Source: Atribacterota bacterium | Lineage (GTDB): Bacteria > Atribacterota > Phoenicimicrobiia > Phoenicimicrobiales > Stramentimicrobiaceae | Length of the DNA stretch: 20,141 nucleotides | Direction: 5' to 3' | Assembly: GCA_040767965.1 (NCBI GenBank) | Contig: JAXGNR010000018.1 | Location: 1-20,141 of the forward strand | Part shown: in pieces, positions 8,357 through 17,416 of the stretch | Layout: each line of letters begins with the position of its first letter | Position numbering within the stretch: the first letter of the stretch is position 1 | Translations under genes and position numbers: made by a program | The notes under the pieces: model-generated | Database searches by the model: none | What the model was told of the DNA's origin: nothing | What the model saw: only the letters and a program-made list of their open reading frames with translations

Positions 8357-9037
8357 TTATGATAATAATGGGACAAATACATAATTTTCAAGTGTATATT
8401 TCTTGCTGATTGTCCCATTTTCTTTTTGAATAACTAACAATGGCCCTTGAGTATAAGGGCATATTAAAATACCCTTTTCTAGTAGTAGATGCTGTGCTAA
8501 ATCGAAAATTAAAATTTCCTGGTCTTGATTTATCCCTGCTGTAATAATAATTCTATTATACTTTTCAGGCCAATCATCTATTTTATTAAATATATTTAAT
8601 TCCTTAAAACTGATTTTATTTAATCTTTTACTATTTTCCAAACTTAAGCTTGCTTTTAATTTTTCAAGATTTTGTTTTGCCTCAGTTACTAATTGAGGGA
8701 CAATATCCAGGCTAAGGACTGATCCGGGATATACAAGATAGCCAATTAGACTGGCATTCCATCCGCTTCCCGTACCTATTTCCAGCACCTTCTGTCGGTT
8801 TTTTAATTTTGCCAGTATCAGCATTCTGACAACTGTTGACGGCTGAGAAATAGTTTGCTTAAATCCTATAGGTAAAGCAGTATCCAGGTATGCCTCAGCC
8901 TCTAATCTGGTGAAATATTTTCTGTTTATTACCGGTAAGGAAGTTAAAATTTTATTCAGGTCTTCTTTTTCAGTTTTAGTAGATAGCAGGGGTAATAAAT
9001 TATTTTCTATTCTTCTGATTAAATTTTCCATACTCAC
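8357..9037 (-). CDS. pcm: Protein-L-isoaspartate O-methyltransferase
   Basis: Motifs AYLDTALPIG..QTISQP, VLEIGTGSGWNA, RIIITAG and C-terminal FVPLL. Confidence 0.9.
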   Translation of the reverse strand: MSMENLIRRIENNLLPLLSTKTEKEDLNKILTSLPVINRKYFTRLEAEAYLDTALPIGFKQTISQPSTVVRMLILAKLKNRQKVLEIGTGSGWNASLIGYLVYPGSVLSLDIVPQLVTEAKQNLEKLKASLSLENSKRLNKISFKELNIFNKIDDWPEKYNRIIITAGINQDQEILIFDLAQHLLLEKGILICPYTQGPLLVIQKENGTISKKYTLENYVFVPLLS

Positions 9038-9256
9038 TTTAAGGAAACCTCTTATATGTATTCGAGTTTTCTTTATCTTTATTTTGTTCTTTCTTTTTCT
9101 AAACCGGGAAAAGGCAGTAAAATTGTTAAAATATAACCGGGTGTAGTAATAATCATTTTAAATAACCATCTTTAGTATAGCAGAAAAGAAAGGTATTTTT
9201 AATATGTAATTAATTGTTTAGTTCATATTAATAATCTTTATTTTTATGCTCCTTTT

Positions 9257-9285
9257 TTGCGAACTATTTTTAACTGTTATATAAT
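9257..9285 (+). promoter_or_regulatory. Putative sigma70 promoter for the oxidoreductase-methyltransferase-lipB-lipA run
   Basis: TTGCGA, 17-nt spacer, TATAAT. Confidence 0.55.
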
Positions 9286-9379
9286 TAAATAAAAATTTAA
9301 TATCTTCTATGAGAAGAGGAATAAGATTTTCTTGCATGAAAAGCAGGGCGGAGAAGATATAGATAAAAAAGGTGACTAT

Positions 9380-10084
9380 ATGAAGTTAACATTAATAGAA
9401 AAAAGGAAAGAAACAGAAGATGTTTTTAGTTTTATATTTGAACCATCAAAATCAGTCACCTGGCAGGCAGGCCAATATTTAATCTATAAGATTCCGCATG
9501 AAAAACAGGATGATAGAGGGGATTCGAGGATATTTACAATCTCCTCACCTCCATACCAAAAGCAAATTATGCTTACAACAAAATACTATTTTCAAGAAAG
9601 CAGTTCTTTTAAAAAGGCACTCTTCAGCAAAAAAATTGGAGACAAGATAGAATCTTCTAATGTAAAAGGCAATTTTATATTAGAAGATAATGATAAAAAA
9701 ATGGTTTTTATTGCTGGTGGCATTGGAATTACTCCTTTTCGCTCTATGCTGTTAGAAATGGATTACCGAAAAAATATTCAAGATATTGTTTTAATATACA
9801 GTAATAAAAATGACAAAAGTATTATCTTTAAAGATATTCTGGACAGTCTTGCTAAAAAATATGCTGAATTAAGTGTAAATTATATTTTTTCCCCTCAAAG
9901 ATGCGATGTACAATTGATTCACAAAATAGTAGCTGATGCTAAAAGTCGTGTTTATTATATTTCCGGTCCAATAATAATGATAAATTCAGTTGAAGAAACA
10001 TTACAGTATTTTCAGGTAAAGAAAGAGAATATTAAAAAAGATTACTTCCCAAGGGTCGAAAATTCCAGTAAAGGGTTATCCTAG
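9380..10084 (+). CDS. Ferredoxin-NADP+ reductase (FNR)-like FAD/NAD(P)-binding oxidoreductase
   Basis: Motifs AGQY, RIFTISS, FIAGGIGITPFRSM, YSN and YISGP. ATG 9380 after AGGTGA is more likely than TTG 9332. Confidence 0.85.
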   Translation: MKLTLIEKRKETEDVFSFIFEPSKSVTWQAGQYLIYKIPHEKQDDRGDSRIFTISSPPYQKQIMLTTKYYFQESSSFKKALFSKKIGDKIESSNVKGNFILEDNDKKMVFIAGGIGITPFRSMLLEMDYRKNIQDIVLIYSNKNDKSIIFKDILDSLAKKYAELSVNYIFSPQRCDVQLIHKIVADAKSRVYYISGPIIMINSVEETLQYFQVKKENIKKDYFPRVENSSKGLS

Positions 10085-10133
10085 CTTGGCCTAATTAAGA
10101 AAAATATAAGAACAATAGAAGAAAAAAATTATT

Positions 10134-10673
10134 ATGAAAGATAGAAAAAATTTAACCAAATGTTCGATTGATACACTGAAAACAGTTGGATTGAAAAGTG
10201 GAGATATTGTTTTAGACTGCTGCTGCGGATATGGATATTACACTGTTGCTGCCTCCAAAATAGTAGGTAAAAATGGTTTTGTGTATGCTATTGACAATGA
10301 TCAGGAAAGACTAAACGAGCTGCAAAAAGAAGTTAATTCTAATCTATATTCAAATATTAAAATAATTAAGGAAAATGTTGAAGAGGAAATATCTATTAAT
10401 AATAATTCTGTAAATTTTGTACTTCTGTATGATATTTTCTGGTATTTTCCTCCACAGAGTAACAATCTGTCAACCTTGTTATTAGAGATATATAGGGTTA
10501 CTGCATTAAATGGAATTATTTCTGTCTTTCCAACCCATATTGATTCTCATCAACTAAAAAAATTACAGGATAAAATGATTATAGCGGGGTTTTGTTTAGC
10601 CAGAAAATTAAAATCCAGACTTGTGCATGATAGGGGAATAGAAAAAGGAGAAATATTAAATTATCGAAAATAA
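10134..10673 (+). CDS. Class I SAM-dependent methyltransferase (small, substrate unknown)
   Basis: Motif I VLDCCCGYG, then G.VYAID, SVNFV and EIYRV...G. Confidence 0.8.
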   Translation: MKDRKNLTKCSIDTLKTVGLKSGDIVLDCCCGYGYYTVAASKIVGKNGFVYAIDNDQERLNELQKEVNSNLYSNIKIIKENVEEEISINNNSVNFVLLYDIFWYFPPQSNNLSTLLLEIYRVTALNGIISVFPTHIDSHQLKKLQDKMIIAGFCLARKLKSRLVHDRGIEKGEILNYRK

Positions 10674-10700
10674 ATAATAAAATAATAGGATAAAATAAAG

Positions 10701-11420
10701 ATGAAACAGAATGGCAAAAAAGATGAAAAAATAATACAGATTTTTGATTTAAAGATAATTGATTATGAAGAAGCATTAGCCATACAAGAGAAGCTTTTAA
10801 TGCTGAGAAAAAATAATTATATTAATGATGTTTTGCTGCTGTTGGAACATAATCCGGTTATTACTATTGGCAAAAGAGGAGATCAGGGGAATATTCTGGC
10901 ACCTGAAGAATTTTTACAAAACCAGGGAGTGAAGGTTTACTTTACTGGAAGAGGAGGGGATGTGACCTACCATGGGCCAGGACAAATCGTAGGTTATCCC
11001 ATTATGAGGTTTCAAAATTATGTCTCAGGAGTCAGAGAATTAGTACGTGGATTGGAAGAAATATTTATCCAGCTGTTAAAAAATGACTTTCATATTCAAG
11101 CTAAACGTGATTTTCAGCATCCAGGAGTATGGGTAGATAATGATAAAATTACTGCATTAGGTTTATCAATACGCTCAGGGATAACTATGCACGGTTTTGC
11201 CTTTAATGTTAATACTGATCTGCAGGCGTTTCTTTGGATATTGTCTTGTGGCATTATTGGAAAAGGTGTGACTTCCCTTAAAAAATTAACAAATAAAGAA
11301 CAGGATTTAAATCATATAAAAAAATTAATCATAAAATATTTTGCAGATATTTTCCAGATTCAAACTAACTGGCAGAATGAAAAAGATTTAAGAAAAATAT
11401 TGGAGAACTACCATGAATAA
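10701..11420 (+). CDS. lipB: Lipoyl(octanoyl) transferase
   Basis: Motifs [35 protein letters not shown] and CG. It overlaps the lipA start. Confidence 0.95.
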   Translation: MKQNGKKDEKIIQIFDLKIIDYEEALAIQEKLLMLRKNNYINDVLLLLEHNPVITIGKRGDQGNILAPEEFLQNQGVKVYFTGRGGDVTYHGPGQIVGYPIMRFQNYVSGVRELVRGLEEIFIQLLKNDFHIQAKRDFQHPGVWVDNDKITALGLSIRSGITMHGFAFNVNTDLQAFLWILSCGIIGKGVTSLKKLTNKEQDLNHIKKLIIKYFADIFQIQTNWQNEKDLRKILENYHE

Positions 11421-12273
11421 AAGAAAACCTGAATGGCTTAGAATAAAATACCGAAAAAATGATGAATCATCAGAAGTGATTGAGATTTTAAATCGCTTAT
11501 CTTTGCATACAGTTTGTCAGGAAGCAATGTGTCCCAATCTTTTTGAATGTTTTGGCAAAAAAACTGCTACTTTCATAATACTAGGCAATACCTGTACTAG
11601 AAATTGTACTTTTTGTAATGTACACAAAGGCAAACCAGACGTAATAGATGAGAATGAGCCGGAAAATTTAGTACAAGCAGTTAAAGAGCTAAATCTGAAA
11701 TATGTAGTTATAACCTCAGTTACAAGAGATGATCTTCCTGATGGTGGAGCTTCACAATTTGTTCAGGTTATTAATAAATTACACCAATATTCTCAAGAAC
11801 TTCTAGTAGAAGTACTTATTCCTGATTTTAATGGGAACTGGAAGGCTTTGGCTGAGGTTATAAATGCAAAACCTGATGTTTTGAATCATAACATAGAAAC
11901 TGTTCCTCGATTATATTCAGAGGTTCGTCCCAAAGCTGATTATAGGAGATCTTTGGAATTACTAAAAAAAGCTAAAGATATTGATCAGAAGATTTATACA
12001 AAATCCGGCATAATGGTAGGGTTGGGAGAAAATGAGGAAGAAGTATTACAGGTAATGCAGGACTTAAAAGAAGCTGGCTGTTCCCTTCTCACTATTGGCC
12101 AATATTTATCTCCTTCTAAGCTTCATCATCCTATTGTAGAATATATTAAACCAGAACAATTTTTGTTTTATGCAAAAAAGGCTCAGAAAATAGGTTTTGC
12201 CGGTGTTGCTTCTGCTCCCTTAGTGAGAAGCTCTCATCATGCCAGAGAATTATTTTCTGCATCAAATGAATAA
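11413..12273 (+). CDS. lipA: Lipoyl synthase
   Basis: KPEWL, CX4CX5C ([12 protein letters not shown]), CX3CX2C (CTRNCTFC), [15 protein letters not shown] and RSSH. Confidence 0.97.
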   Translation: MNKRKPEWLRIKYRKNDESSEVIEILNRLSLHTVCQEAMCPNLFECFGKKTATFIILGNTCTRNCTFCNVHKGKPDVIDENEPENLVQAVKELNLKYVVITSVTRDDLPDGGASQFVQVINKLHQYSQELLVEVLIPDFNGNWKALAEVINAKPDVLNHNIETVPRLYSEVRPKADYRRSLELLKKAKDIDQKIYTKSGIMVGLGENEEEVLQVMQDLKEAGCSLLTIGQYLSPSKLHHPIVEYIKPEQFLFYAKKAQKIGFAGVASAPLVRSSHHARELFSASNE

Positions 12274-12308
12274 CCTTTTATTTTTTTCAGGAAATCATTT
12301 TTTAATTG

Positions 12309-12317
12309 TGTTATAAT
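12309..12317 (+). promoter_or_regulatory. Putative extended -10 promoter for psuK-psuG
   Basis: TGTTATAAT (TGn + TATAAT) about 52 nt upstream of the start. No convincing -35. Confidence 0.45.
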
Positions 12318-12369
12318 TTTAAGTGGTTTATGCCATAATCTTCTTAACTGTCAGAAGGGATTTAGCAAA

Positions 12370-13338
12370 GTGAATACTGAATATATGAGCGAAGAAAAAG
12401 AAGGTATAGTTGTAATAGGTGGGGCAAATATTGACCTTAAAGGCCGGTCAAAAAATGTAATCCAATGGCAGACATCAAATCCGGGCACAATCAGGGTTAG
12501 TCATGGCGGAGTAGCGAGAAATATTGCTCACTATCTGGGGTTGTTAAATATCCCGGTTACTTTTTTAGGAGTTGTCGGAGATGATGATGAAGGAAGAGAA
12601 ATAATAGAAAAATTAAGAAATGCACAGGTAGAGACTAAGGAGATAATTCAATCAAAAAAAGATCCTACTGGTAAATATATTGCTGTCCTTAACGAGAAGG
12701 GAGATATGCAGGTTGCTGTAAGCGATACTGTAATTATGAAAAGAGTAACCCCTCGTTATCTTATTGCTAAAGCCGGTATAATAATGAAAAATAAATTTGT
12801 CATTATTGATACAAATCTGATGCCCCAGGCAATACATTATATATCTTCTTTGTGTAGCCGAGAAAATATCCCTCTAATTGTTGATCCTGTTTCAATGATG
12901 AAAAGTAGAAAATTATTAGGTATCTTACCTAAGATTAATTATTTAACTCCTAACAACAGTGAATTAAATGCTCTTACTGGAATTGCTGTTCATTCCCCTG
13001 CAGATCGGCAGCGGGCAGTGCAGCAGCTGATGAATAAAGGGGTAAAAAACATAATTTTAACGAATAATACACAATCAGTTTATATTTACTCCCAGCAATA
13101 TCCTGAAGGCAAAGTTTTAAGTATCAGGCGCAGGAAGATAGTTGATGTCACCGGGGGAGGGGATGCCCTGGTTGCAGGTATGGCTTATGGGCTTTACCAT
13201 AGTTATGATATTTTAAAAGCAATTGAAATAGGGCTCTTAATATCCGGTCTAACCGTTACTTCTCCGGAAACCGTTTACTCTCAGATTAATGAAGATTTAA
13301 TAAAAAGAAGCATGTCGAGGTTTTTTAAAATACTATGA
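12370..13338 (+). CDS. psuK: PfkB-family kinase, probable pseudouridine kinase (no N-terminal HTH)
   Basis: Motifs IGGANID, SNPG, GGVARNIA, DPVS, PN..E and DVTGGGDA. It is translationally coupled to psuG. Alternative ATG at 12385. Confidence 0.8.
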   Translation: MNTEYMSEEKEGIVVIGGANIDLKGRSKNVIQWQTSNPGTIRVSHGGVARNIAHYLGLLNIPVTFLGVVGDDDEGREIIEKLRNAQVETKEIIQSKKDPTGKYIAVLNEKGDMQVAVSDTVIMKRVTPRYLIAKAGIIMKNKFVIIDTNLMPQAIHYISSLCSRENIPLIVDPVSMMKSRKLLGILPKINYLTPNNSELNALTGIAVHSPADRQRAVQQLMNKGVKNIILTNNTQSVYIYSQQYPEGKVLSIRRRKIVDVTGGGDALVAGMAYGLYHSYDILKAIEIGLLISGLTVTSPETVYSQINEDLIKRSMSRFFKIL

Positions 13339-14276
13339 GAACATTGGAATATATTGAAATTTCAGAAGAAATTCAAGATGCTCTTAATAATAAAAAAAAC
13401 AGCAAACCTGTGGTAGCTTTAGAATCTAATTTAATTACTCATGGATTGCCATTTCCAGAAAATATCAACACCGCTTTAAATATGAAAAAGAAAATAAGGG
13501 ATGAGGGGGCTATTCCAGCAACAATTGCCATTTTGAAAGGCAAAATAAAAATTGGTATTACTCCTTCTGAAATAGAATACCTGGCTCATTCTGAAAAAGT
13601 GATTAAAGCCAGTATTAGGGATTTGTCTGCCATTATCATTAAAGGACTTGATGCTGGAACTACTGTTGCTTTAACTATGTGGATTGCTAATATTTGCAAA
13701 ATTGTTTTTTTTGCCACCGGAGGGATAGGTGGAGTACATCGTAAAACTGATAGTACAGATATGGACATTTCTGCTGATTTAAGAGAGCTTTCGAAAACGC
13801 CGGTAGCTGTTGTATGTTCTGGTGCCAAAGCTATCTTAGACATTCCCGGTACTCTAGAGTATTTAGAGACCATGGGTGTGCCGGTGTTAGGATATCAAAC
13901 AAATGAATTTCCGGCTTTTTATAGTCAATCAAGTCATAATAGAGTTGACTATTATCTGGCAGATGAACAGGAAGCTGCCCGCATCGTTTTAGCTCATCAG
14001 AAGCTAAAAATAGGAACCGGATTACTTATTAATAATCCTGTTCCTACTGAATTTGCGCTGAGCAAAAAAAAGGTTGATCTTTGGATAAAAAAAGCCCATA
14101 ATATTGCCGAAAAAGAAGGTATAAAAGGAAAACTGTTAACACCATTTTTATTAAATAAAATTAAAGAATTAAGTGAAGGCAGGAGCTTAAAGGCTAACAT
14201 AGAGTTATTAAAAAATAATGCCTATCTTGCTGCCAAAATAGCCAACGCTTATCAAAATATTATTTCCACTCAATAA
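13335..14276 (+). CDS. psuG: Pseudouridine-5'-phosphate glycosidase
   Basis: Motifs PVVALES...HG.P.P.N, TTVA, FATGGIGGVHR, DISADL.EL, GAKAILD...TLEYLET and GK..TPFLL. Confidence 0.95.
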   Translation: MRTLEYIEISEEIQDALNNKKNSKPVVALESNLITHGLPFPENINTALNMKKKIRDEGAIPATIAILKGKIKIGITPSEIEYLAHSEKVIKASIRDLSAIIIKGLDAGTTVALTMWIANICKIVFFATGGIGGVHRKTDSTDMDISADLRELSKTPVAVVCSGAKAILDIPGTLEYLETMGVPVLGYQTNEFPAFYSQSSHNRVDYYLADEQEAARIVLAHQKLKIGTGLLINNPVPTEFALSKKKVDLWIKKAHNIAEKEGIKGKLLTPFLLNKIKELSEGRSLKANIELLKNNAYLAAKIANAYQNIISTQ

Positions 14277-14306
14277 TGAAATGATAAAAATTTTTAAGGT
14301 AATTAT

Positions 14307-14525
14307 CTACGAGTCATTCAATTGCCTTTTTATAACTTTTATATTTTTTTGCCTTTTATAATTTACGGTTTGCTGTGATAATGCTAATTTTTTTCCAATC
14401 TCCCCATCCTTATATCCCCAGAAATAATACAAAATTATAATTTTCCGATCAGTTTCTTCAAGTTGATTAATAATTTCAAGTAATGAAATATTGTCAATAT
14501 ATTTTTCAATAGTATTTTTGGACAT
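14307..14525 (-). CDS. Stand-alone sigma-70 region-4 (HTH) protein
   Basis: L..TDRKIIILYYFWGYKDGEIGKKLALSQQTVNYKRQKNIKVIK matches sigma region 4. It has its own RBS, AGGAG 5 nt before the ATG. Confidence 0.75.
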   Translation of the reverse strand: MSKNTIEKYIDNISLLEIINQLEETDRKIIILYYFWGYKDGEIGKKLALSQQTVNYKRQKNIKVIKRQLNDS

Positions 14526-14829
14526 CTTTACTCCTATCTATAATATCAAGATATGATTGCTTTCTCCAATAAGCCCATAGTCCCCATTTAACCCTCTTCT
14601 TTATATAGCCGGCAAATGTTACCGGAGGAATTTCCTGGTATTGATAAATGCCCAGAATAAAATATAGGGCGCCCTGCTGATAGGCATCATCATATTCGAG
14701 TCCAAGTTGTCGAAAATAGGATGCCTGTCTTTTTAATAAAGGATTAAACTGACATAGCAACCGTGTGAGGGCATTTTTATTGCCTTTTTGTGCTTCTTTA
14801 ATTGTTTTTTCCATATTATTTATAATCAT
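14506..14829 (-). CDS. Stand-alone sigma-70 region-2 protein
   Basis: IKEAQKGNKNALTRLL.QFNPLLKRQA......EYDDAYQQG...F..GIYQY......FAGYIKKRV...L..YWRK matches sigma regions 1.2-2.4. No region 4 in this frame. Confidence 0.78.
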   Translation of the reverse strand: MIINNMEKTIKEAQKGNKNALTRLLCQFNPLLKRQASYFRQLGLEYDDAYQQGALYFILGIYQYQEIPPVTFAGYIKKRVKWGLWAYWRKQSYLDIIDRSKDVQKYY

Positions 14830-15245
14830 TCATAGATATCTCCATTTCATCTGAAAATTTTTATTCAGCATATCTTTTTTAAAATGTTTTGTAGCCAAAA
14901 AATACTGTAAAAATAAACAAAGTTTACTCAAGTTTTACTATAATTAATTTAAAAAACTAGTGATTAAAGCTGCTTGAAAAATATCAGACAAAAGGATAAC
15001 ATATGGAAAACAAGGAAGAATTGCACGTAACCTATAAATATACTGAATATATTGTTAGAATACTTTAACAAATTTATATTTTTACCAGCGAGGAGAATAA
15101 TAATAAAATTATGCAGAATATTTTTTCTTGCCTTGCAGGATTATAATTCCTGTAGGCAGTATCAGGACGCTACAATCATAATGATAGTATACATGTCAGA
15201 AAGGATTACAGTATTTTATTTTGTACCGATAATCAGTCATTTTGA

Positions 15246-15295
15246 TTGATTTTCTTAAATTTAACTGTATTATATTATTAAGTATGTTCATACTT
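15246..15295 (+). promoter_or_regulatory. Putative promoter plus palindromic operator of the activase operon
   Basis: TTGATT (15246-15251), 16-nt spacer, TATTAT (15268-15273), then the perfect inverted repeat AAGTATG-TT-CATACTT (15280-15295) at the expected transcription start. Confidence 0.45.
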
Positions 15296-15339
15296 GCGTT
15301 GATTCTATATTAATAAAGTTTAAAGGAATGATTTAGAGT

Positions 15340-16341
15340 ATGAGTAAAAAGAAAATAGGGTTACCTTATGCCCTCTATTTTTATGAATATTATCCTCTTT
15401 GGAAGGATTTTCTGACTCGTTTAGGAGCAGAAGTTATTGTTTCTCCTCCTACTAATAAGAAAATACTAGATTTGGGAATCAAATCAGCCCTGAGTGAAGT
15501 CTGCTTGCCTGTTAAAATATTCTATGGACATGTACTGTATCTATCTGAAATAGTTGATTACATTCTGATTCCCAGAATGGTGTGTATCGAAAAAGGAGCT
15601 TTCTTTTGTCCCAAAATGATTGGATTGCCTGATATGGTTAAAAGTTCTTTACCTAATCTGGTGTCCCAATTAAATCCTCTAATTGATGTCCGCCAATCTT
15701 ATGGAACCTGGAAAAGCAGCCTAATGCAGGTAGGTAAAATGATCACAGATAATTCTGCAGAACTTTCAAAAGCATTCTCAGATTCCTGGGAAGCTTTCCA
15801 GCAAAATTATCTGGCAAACCTTTTAGAACCTGATCTGCTAAGCAAAAGTATAAATCAAAAGAATATTTTAAATACAGTAAAAAAAGATAGTGATATTTCG
15901 GTTAATATTGCCGTATTGGGACATGATTACCTGATTAATGATTCTTATGTGAATATGAGCCTTCTTAATAAATTAAAAAATATGAATGTGAATATCCTTA
16001 CTCCTGAAATGGTGCACCCCAATATTGTAAAAAAACAGTTAAAGAAATTATATAAACCGATCTTTTGGAGTCTTTCCCGGAAAGTTGTTGGTGCGGCTTT
16101 TTATTATTTTGAAAAAAGAGTCGATGGTATAATCCATTTGACTTCCTTTGAATGCGGAGAAGATTCAATGGTTGGTGAGCTTATTCATCATCAAAGCCAG
16201 CAATATCCAGGAGTATCCTATACTGAATTTGTCTTTGATGAGCACTCAGGTGAAGCTGGTGTCAATACCAGAATTGAGGCATTTTTAGATATGATTAGGA
16301 GGAAGAAGAGATATGAAATTGGCCTTACCCCGACTTGGTAA
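15340..16341 (+). CDS. Acyl-CoA dehydratase activase-related reductase subunit (DUF2229-like; PlsA Red1-type domain)
   Basis: Motifs IGLP.AL..Y.Y, CLPVKIFYGH, FCPK..GLPD, LGH.Y, SFECG.D and DEHSGEAGVNTRIEAF. Confidence 0.8.
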   Translation: MSKKKIGLPYALYFYEYYPLWKDFLTRLGAEVIVSPPTNKKILDLGIKSALSEVCLPVKIFYGHVLYLSEIVDYILIPRMVCIEKGAFFCPKMIGLPDMVKSSLPNLVSQLNPLIDVRQSYGTWKSSLMQVGKMITDNSAELSKAFSDSWEAFQQNYLANLLEPDLLSKSINQKNILNTVKKDSDISVNIAVLGHDYLINDSYVNMSLLNKLKNMNVNILTPEMVHPNIVKKQLKKLYKPIFWSLSRKVVGAAFYYFEKRVDGIIHLTSFECGEDSMVGELIHHQSQQYPGVSYTEFVFDEHSGEAGVNTRIEAFLDMIRRKKRYEIGLTPTW

Positions 16342-17416
16342 TATTGAAGTGGCCTACCGGTCCCTAATTACAAATATGGGTCACCAACTGATTGAAGCTC
16401 CTCCCAACAGTAAAAAAACAATGGATTTAGGGGTAAAATATTCCCCAGAATATTGCTGCTTACCTCTTAAAATTGCCCTGGGAAATTTCATTGAAGCTTT
16501 GGAATTAGGAGCAGAAGGATTAGTCATGGCAGGAGGATGGGGACCATGCCGGTTTGGTTACTATGCACAGGTTCAAAGAGATGTGCTCCTGGATTTAGGA
16601 TATGATTTCCGGATGATTATCGCTGAATTGCCTCGTAAGGAAAGCTTAAAAACATTATGGGAAAACCTCAATATTTTGCGGAATGGGAAAAGCTGGTTTT
16701 TTATGATAAATCAATATCGTTTTGCCTGGCAGCAGGTTTTATTGATGGAAGAGATAGAAAACAAGGCCTTGCAGGTCAGACCTCGGGAAAAAGAAAAAGG
16801 GGCTACCTCCCGTATTGTAGCTGAAAGCGTTCAGAAAATAAAATATGCAAATAATAAAGAAGATCTGGTTAATATCAGGCGTGATATTTTAAGTAAACTG
16901 GAGGAAACAACCAATCATCTTAAAAAAAACTTAATTAAAGTAGCTCTGGTAGGGGAATTTTATGTTTCTTTAGAACCTTTTTCCAATCACCACCTGGAAG
17001 AAAAATTAGGTTATTTAGGTGTTGAAGTGGTTCGCAAGAATTCTATCGAAGCCTGGATTGCCCCTATTATGAAGCTGCATATCTTTAAAGAGAGCTTTAA
17101 AGAAGAAAAAGAGATTGAAGAGGCCGCTTATAAATATCTGGCTCATTCAGTGGGTGGAGAAGGTCAGACCACAGTAGGTAATGTGGTGTTAGCCCATCAG
17201 GAAGAACTGGATGGAGCCATTCAGGTCATCCCTTTTACCTGTATGCCTGAGATTGTAGCAGAAACAGTTTTAAAAAAGGTCACAGAAGATTTGGATTTTC
17301 CAACCCTTACTTTAATCTATGATGAGCAAACTGGTGAAGAGGGATTGAATACAAGAATTGAAGCTTTTATTGATTTGTTGAAAATGAGAAGAAGAAAGGG
17401 AGTTAAAGTTTCATGA
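16313..17416 (+). CDS. 2-hydroxyacyl-CoA dehydratase-like reductase subunit (PlsR/Red2-type domain)
   Basis: Motifs LG..YSPE..CLPLK..LG, GPCRFGYY, VGEFYV, PFTCMPE and DEQTGEEGLNTRIEAF. Confidence 0.8.
   Translation: MKLALPRLGNIEVAYRSLITNMGHQLIEAPPNSKKTMDLGVKYSPEYCCLPLKIALGNFIEALELGAEGLVMAGGWGPCRFGYYAQVQRDVLLDLGYDFRMIIAELPRKESLKTLWENLNILRNGKSWFFMINQYRFAWQQVLLMEEIENKALQVRPREKEKGATSRIVAESVQKIKYANNKEDLVNIRRDILSKLEETTNHLKKNLIKVALVGEFYVSLEPFSNHHLEEKLGYLGVEVVRKNSIEAWIAPIMKLHIFKESFKEEKEIEEAAYKYLAHSVGGEGQTTVGNVVLAHQEELDGAIQVIPFTCMPEIVAETVLKKVTEDLDFPTLTLIYDEQTGEEGLNTRIEAFIDLLKMRRRKGVKVS

Noticed and set aside
7178-14200. Short overlapping ORFs (7178, 7538, 7642, 8203, 8910, 10579, 12652, 13586, 13997)
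   Set aside because: All overlap well-supported genes in antisense or alternative frames and resemble no known family.
15120-15170. Hammerhead-like arrangement on the minus strand (CTGATAC-stem-AGAAA)
   Set aside because: The core deviates from CUGANGA...GAAA and stems I and III are not evident.
15052-15249. 65-aa ORF in the divergent intergenic region
   Set aside because: TTG start with no RBS and no recognisable domain; likely a chance ORF.
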